Made by a program: the position numbers and the translations under genes | Notes under the pieces: generated by a model | What the model saw: the letters and a program-made list of their open reading frames with translations, nothing else | Told to the model about the DNA's origin: nothing | Databases searched by the model: none | DNA from: Parcubacteria group bacterium Athens0714_16 | GTDB lineage: Bacteria > Patescibacteriota > Minisyncoccia > Phycocordibacterales > 21-14-all-36-13 | Assembly (NCBI GenBank): GCA_007376805.1 | Contig: VMGX01000001.1 | Coordinates: forward strand, 1,034 to 65,033 | Length of the DNA: 64,000 bases | Reading direction: 5' to 3' | Part shown: positions 62,877 to 64,000 of the stretch, piece after piece | Numbering within the stretch: the first letter of the stretch is position 1 | How the letters are laid out: every line of letters starts with the position of its first letter

Positions 62877-63407
62877 TCATTGATTTTTTCTCAAAATAAA
62901 CCCGTAATGATATTCTCCAGCAGAAATCTTTTTTTCAACCAAAAAACCAGCTTCTTCTAAAAGTTTTTTCGCTGTTTCTTCTAATACAATACTTTCTTCT
63001 GAGGGGCCTATACCACCAAAAGAACCACTCCATTCTATAAAAAGTAGTCTTCCTCTTGATTTTATTATTCTAAAAACTTCTTTTAAAAAAGATTTCTTAT
63101 TTTCTACTTGAAAAAAAAGATTTGAAACAATCGCCGCATCGACTGATTCATTCCCCAAACGAGTACCATTTTCCTTTTCTGCATCACCCCAAATTATTTC
63201 TATGTTGAAAATATTGTTTTTTCTGGATTCGTTTTTTATTTTTGACAATAAATCGTTTTGAATATCAATTGCATAAACAACTCCGAGCTCTCCAACTTCC
63301 TTTGCTGCGGCAAAACTATTAAAACCAGAACCGGCACCAATATCAGCCACCTTCATTCCGTGACTTAAATTAAATTGTTTTATGTTGTTCTGTGGATCTA
63401 TAAACAT
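62877..63407 (-). CDS. Class I SAM-dependent methyltransferase
   Basis: Motif I VADIGAGSGFNS, motif II AIDIQ, post-I acidic residue. Confidence 0.75.
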   Translation of the reverse strand: MFIDPQNNIKQFNLSHGMKVADIGAGSGFNSFAAAKEVGELGVVYAIDIQNDLLSKIKNESRKNNIFNIEIIWGDAEKENGTRLGNESVDAAIVSNLFFQVENKKSFLKEVFRIIKSRGRLLFIEWSGSFGGIGPSEESIVLEETAKKLLEEAGFLVEKKISAGEYHYGFILRKNQ

Positions 63408-63555
63408 TTACCCTGTTAAATAAAATTTGAACTTTTTTTCAAATTTTAATTTTAAATTTTTAATTATTAAAAATATGACCATTGTGTTCTCCTGTCTTTC
63501 TTTATTACACTCATAAAAATACCACTTTTTATTTAAAATTATTTAACAGGGTAAA
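63408..63555. mobile_element. Family B element, copy B3, between SD and ATG of the methyltransferase gene
   Basis: tttaccctgttaaataa ... ttatttaacagggtaaa perfect termini. AAGGAG at 63556..63561, ATG at 63405..63407. Confidence 0.75.
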
Positions 63556-63608
63556 CTCCTTAATTATAAACCAAAACAAATCTTTTGGGTTAAAAAGTGG
63601 GGAAAAGA

Positions 63609-64000
63609 TTACAAACAAATTAAGGATACAATACTATCTCCTTCTCTAAGTTTCATTATTCTGACTCCCTGTGTTTGTCTCCCAAGTGTTGGAATTTCTT
63701 CAATATCTATTCTTATAACTTGGCCTTTTTTTGATATTGATATTATTTCTTCTTCTATCGTAGTAACAAGTTTTGATGACATCAATTCACCCGTTTTTGG
63801 GGTTATTTTTGCCGTTTTAATGCCACTTCCTCCTCTTTTCTGTACTTTATACTCTTTTAGTGGGGTTTTCTTGCCGTAGCCATTTTTTGTTATAACGAGC
63901 AAATTAATATCTTTCAAATCTTTCTTAGCAATATCAATACCGACAACTTCATCCTGTTTCCCAAGTTTTATAGCACGAACTCCCGCTGCGGTTCTTCCCA
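63609..64000 (-). CDS. gyrA: DNA gyrase subunit A, C-terminal beta-pinwheel (5' part beyond window)
   Basis: The frame stays open to the window edge (..GRTAAGVRAIKLGKQDEVVGI..). GyrA CTD repeats: TKNGYGKKTPLKEYKVQKRGGSGIKT, GRQTQGVRIMKL. Confidence 0.85.
   Translation of the reverse strand, partial: GRTAAGVRAIKLGKQDEVVGIDIAKKDLKDINLLVITKNGYGKKTPLKEYKVQKRGGSGIKTAKITPKTGELMSSKLVTTIEEEIISISKKGQVIRIDIEEIPTLGRQTQGVRIMKLREGDSIVSLICL

Overview
AT-rich (about 30% GC), gene-dense bacterial window. Most genes are short, many are on the minus strand, and the set is housekeeping: rnc, a nusB-Nudix fusion, rpmF, rnhB, dnaE, thrS, tag, ddl, two plsC paralogs, tgt, an FKBP PPIase, obg, dnaX, dus, serS, dprA, topA, relA/spoT, parB, miaA, rpmG, clpB, a nifS-like gene, a short infB, rbfA and the gyrA 3' end. 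The reduced gene versions, the TrbC/VirB2-like small-protein array and a free-standing LAGLIDADG gene suggest a Patescibacteria/CPR-like genome; this is inference only. No rRNA genes or CRISPR array were seen. Three things stand out. (1) tRNA genes act as insertion sites. tRNA-Ala(UGC) is split in its T-loop by a 4-kb segment that carries only a Gabija-type gajA/gajB pair and is bracketed by 116/117-identical 117-bp direct repeats. Three other tRNAs (Leu-UAA, Lys-CUU, Leu-UAG) are each followed by a structured 120-150 nt insert ending in a second copy of the tRNA 3' end. A tRNA-Tyr-like gene stops in its T-loop. A LAGLIDADG endonuclease gene lies within this tRNA cluster. (2) Several small non-autonomous repeat families are present. 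One is a roughly 135-bp inverted-repeat element found four times, always abutting the ATG of the downstream gene. Another has a copy lying between a Shine-Dalgarno sequence and its start codon. (3) Short GC-rich hairpin or periodic modules sit inside conserved coding sequences (tgt x3, dnaE, ddl, nusB-Nudix, dus, miaA, rnhB), usually in frame. In rnhB the module lies just upstream of a frame break. All coordinates and calls come from reading the sequence and the supplied ORF track by eye; no database search was run.
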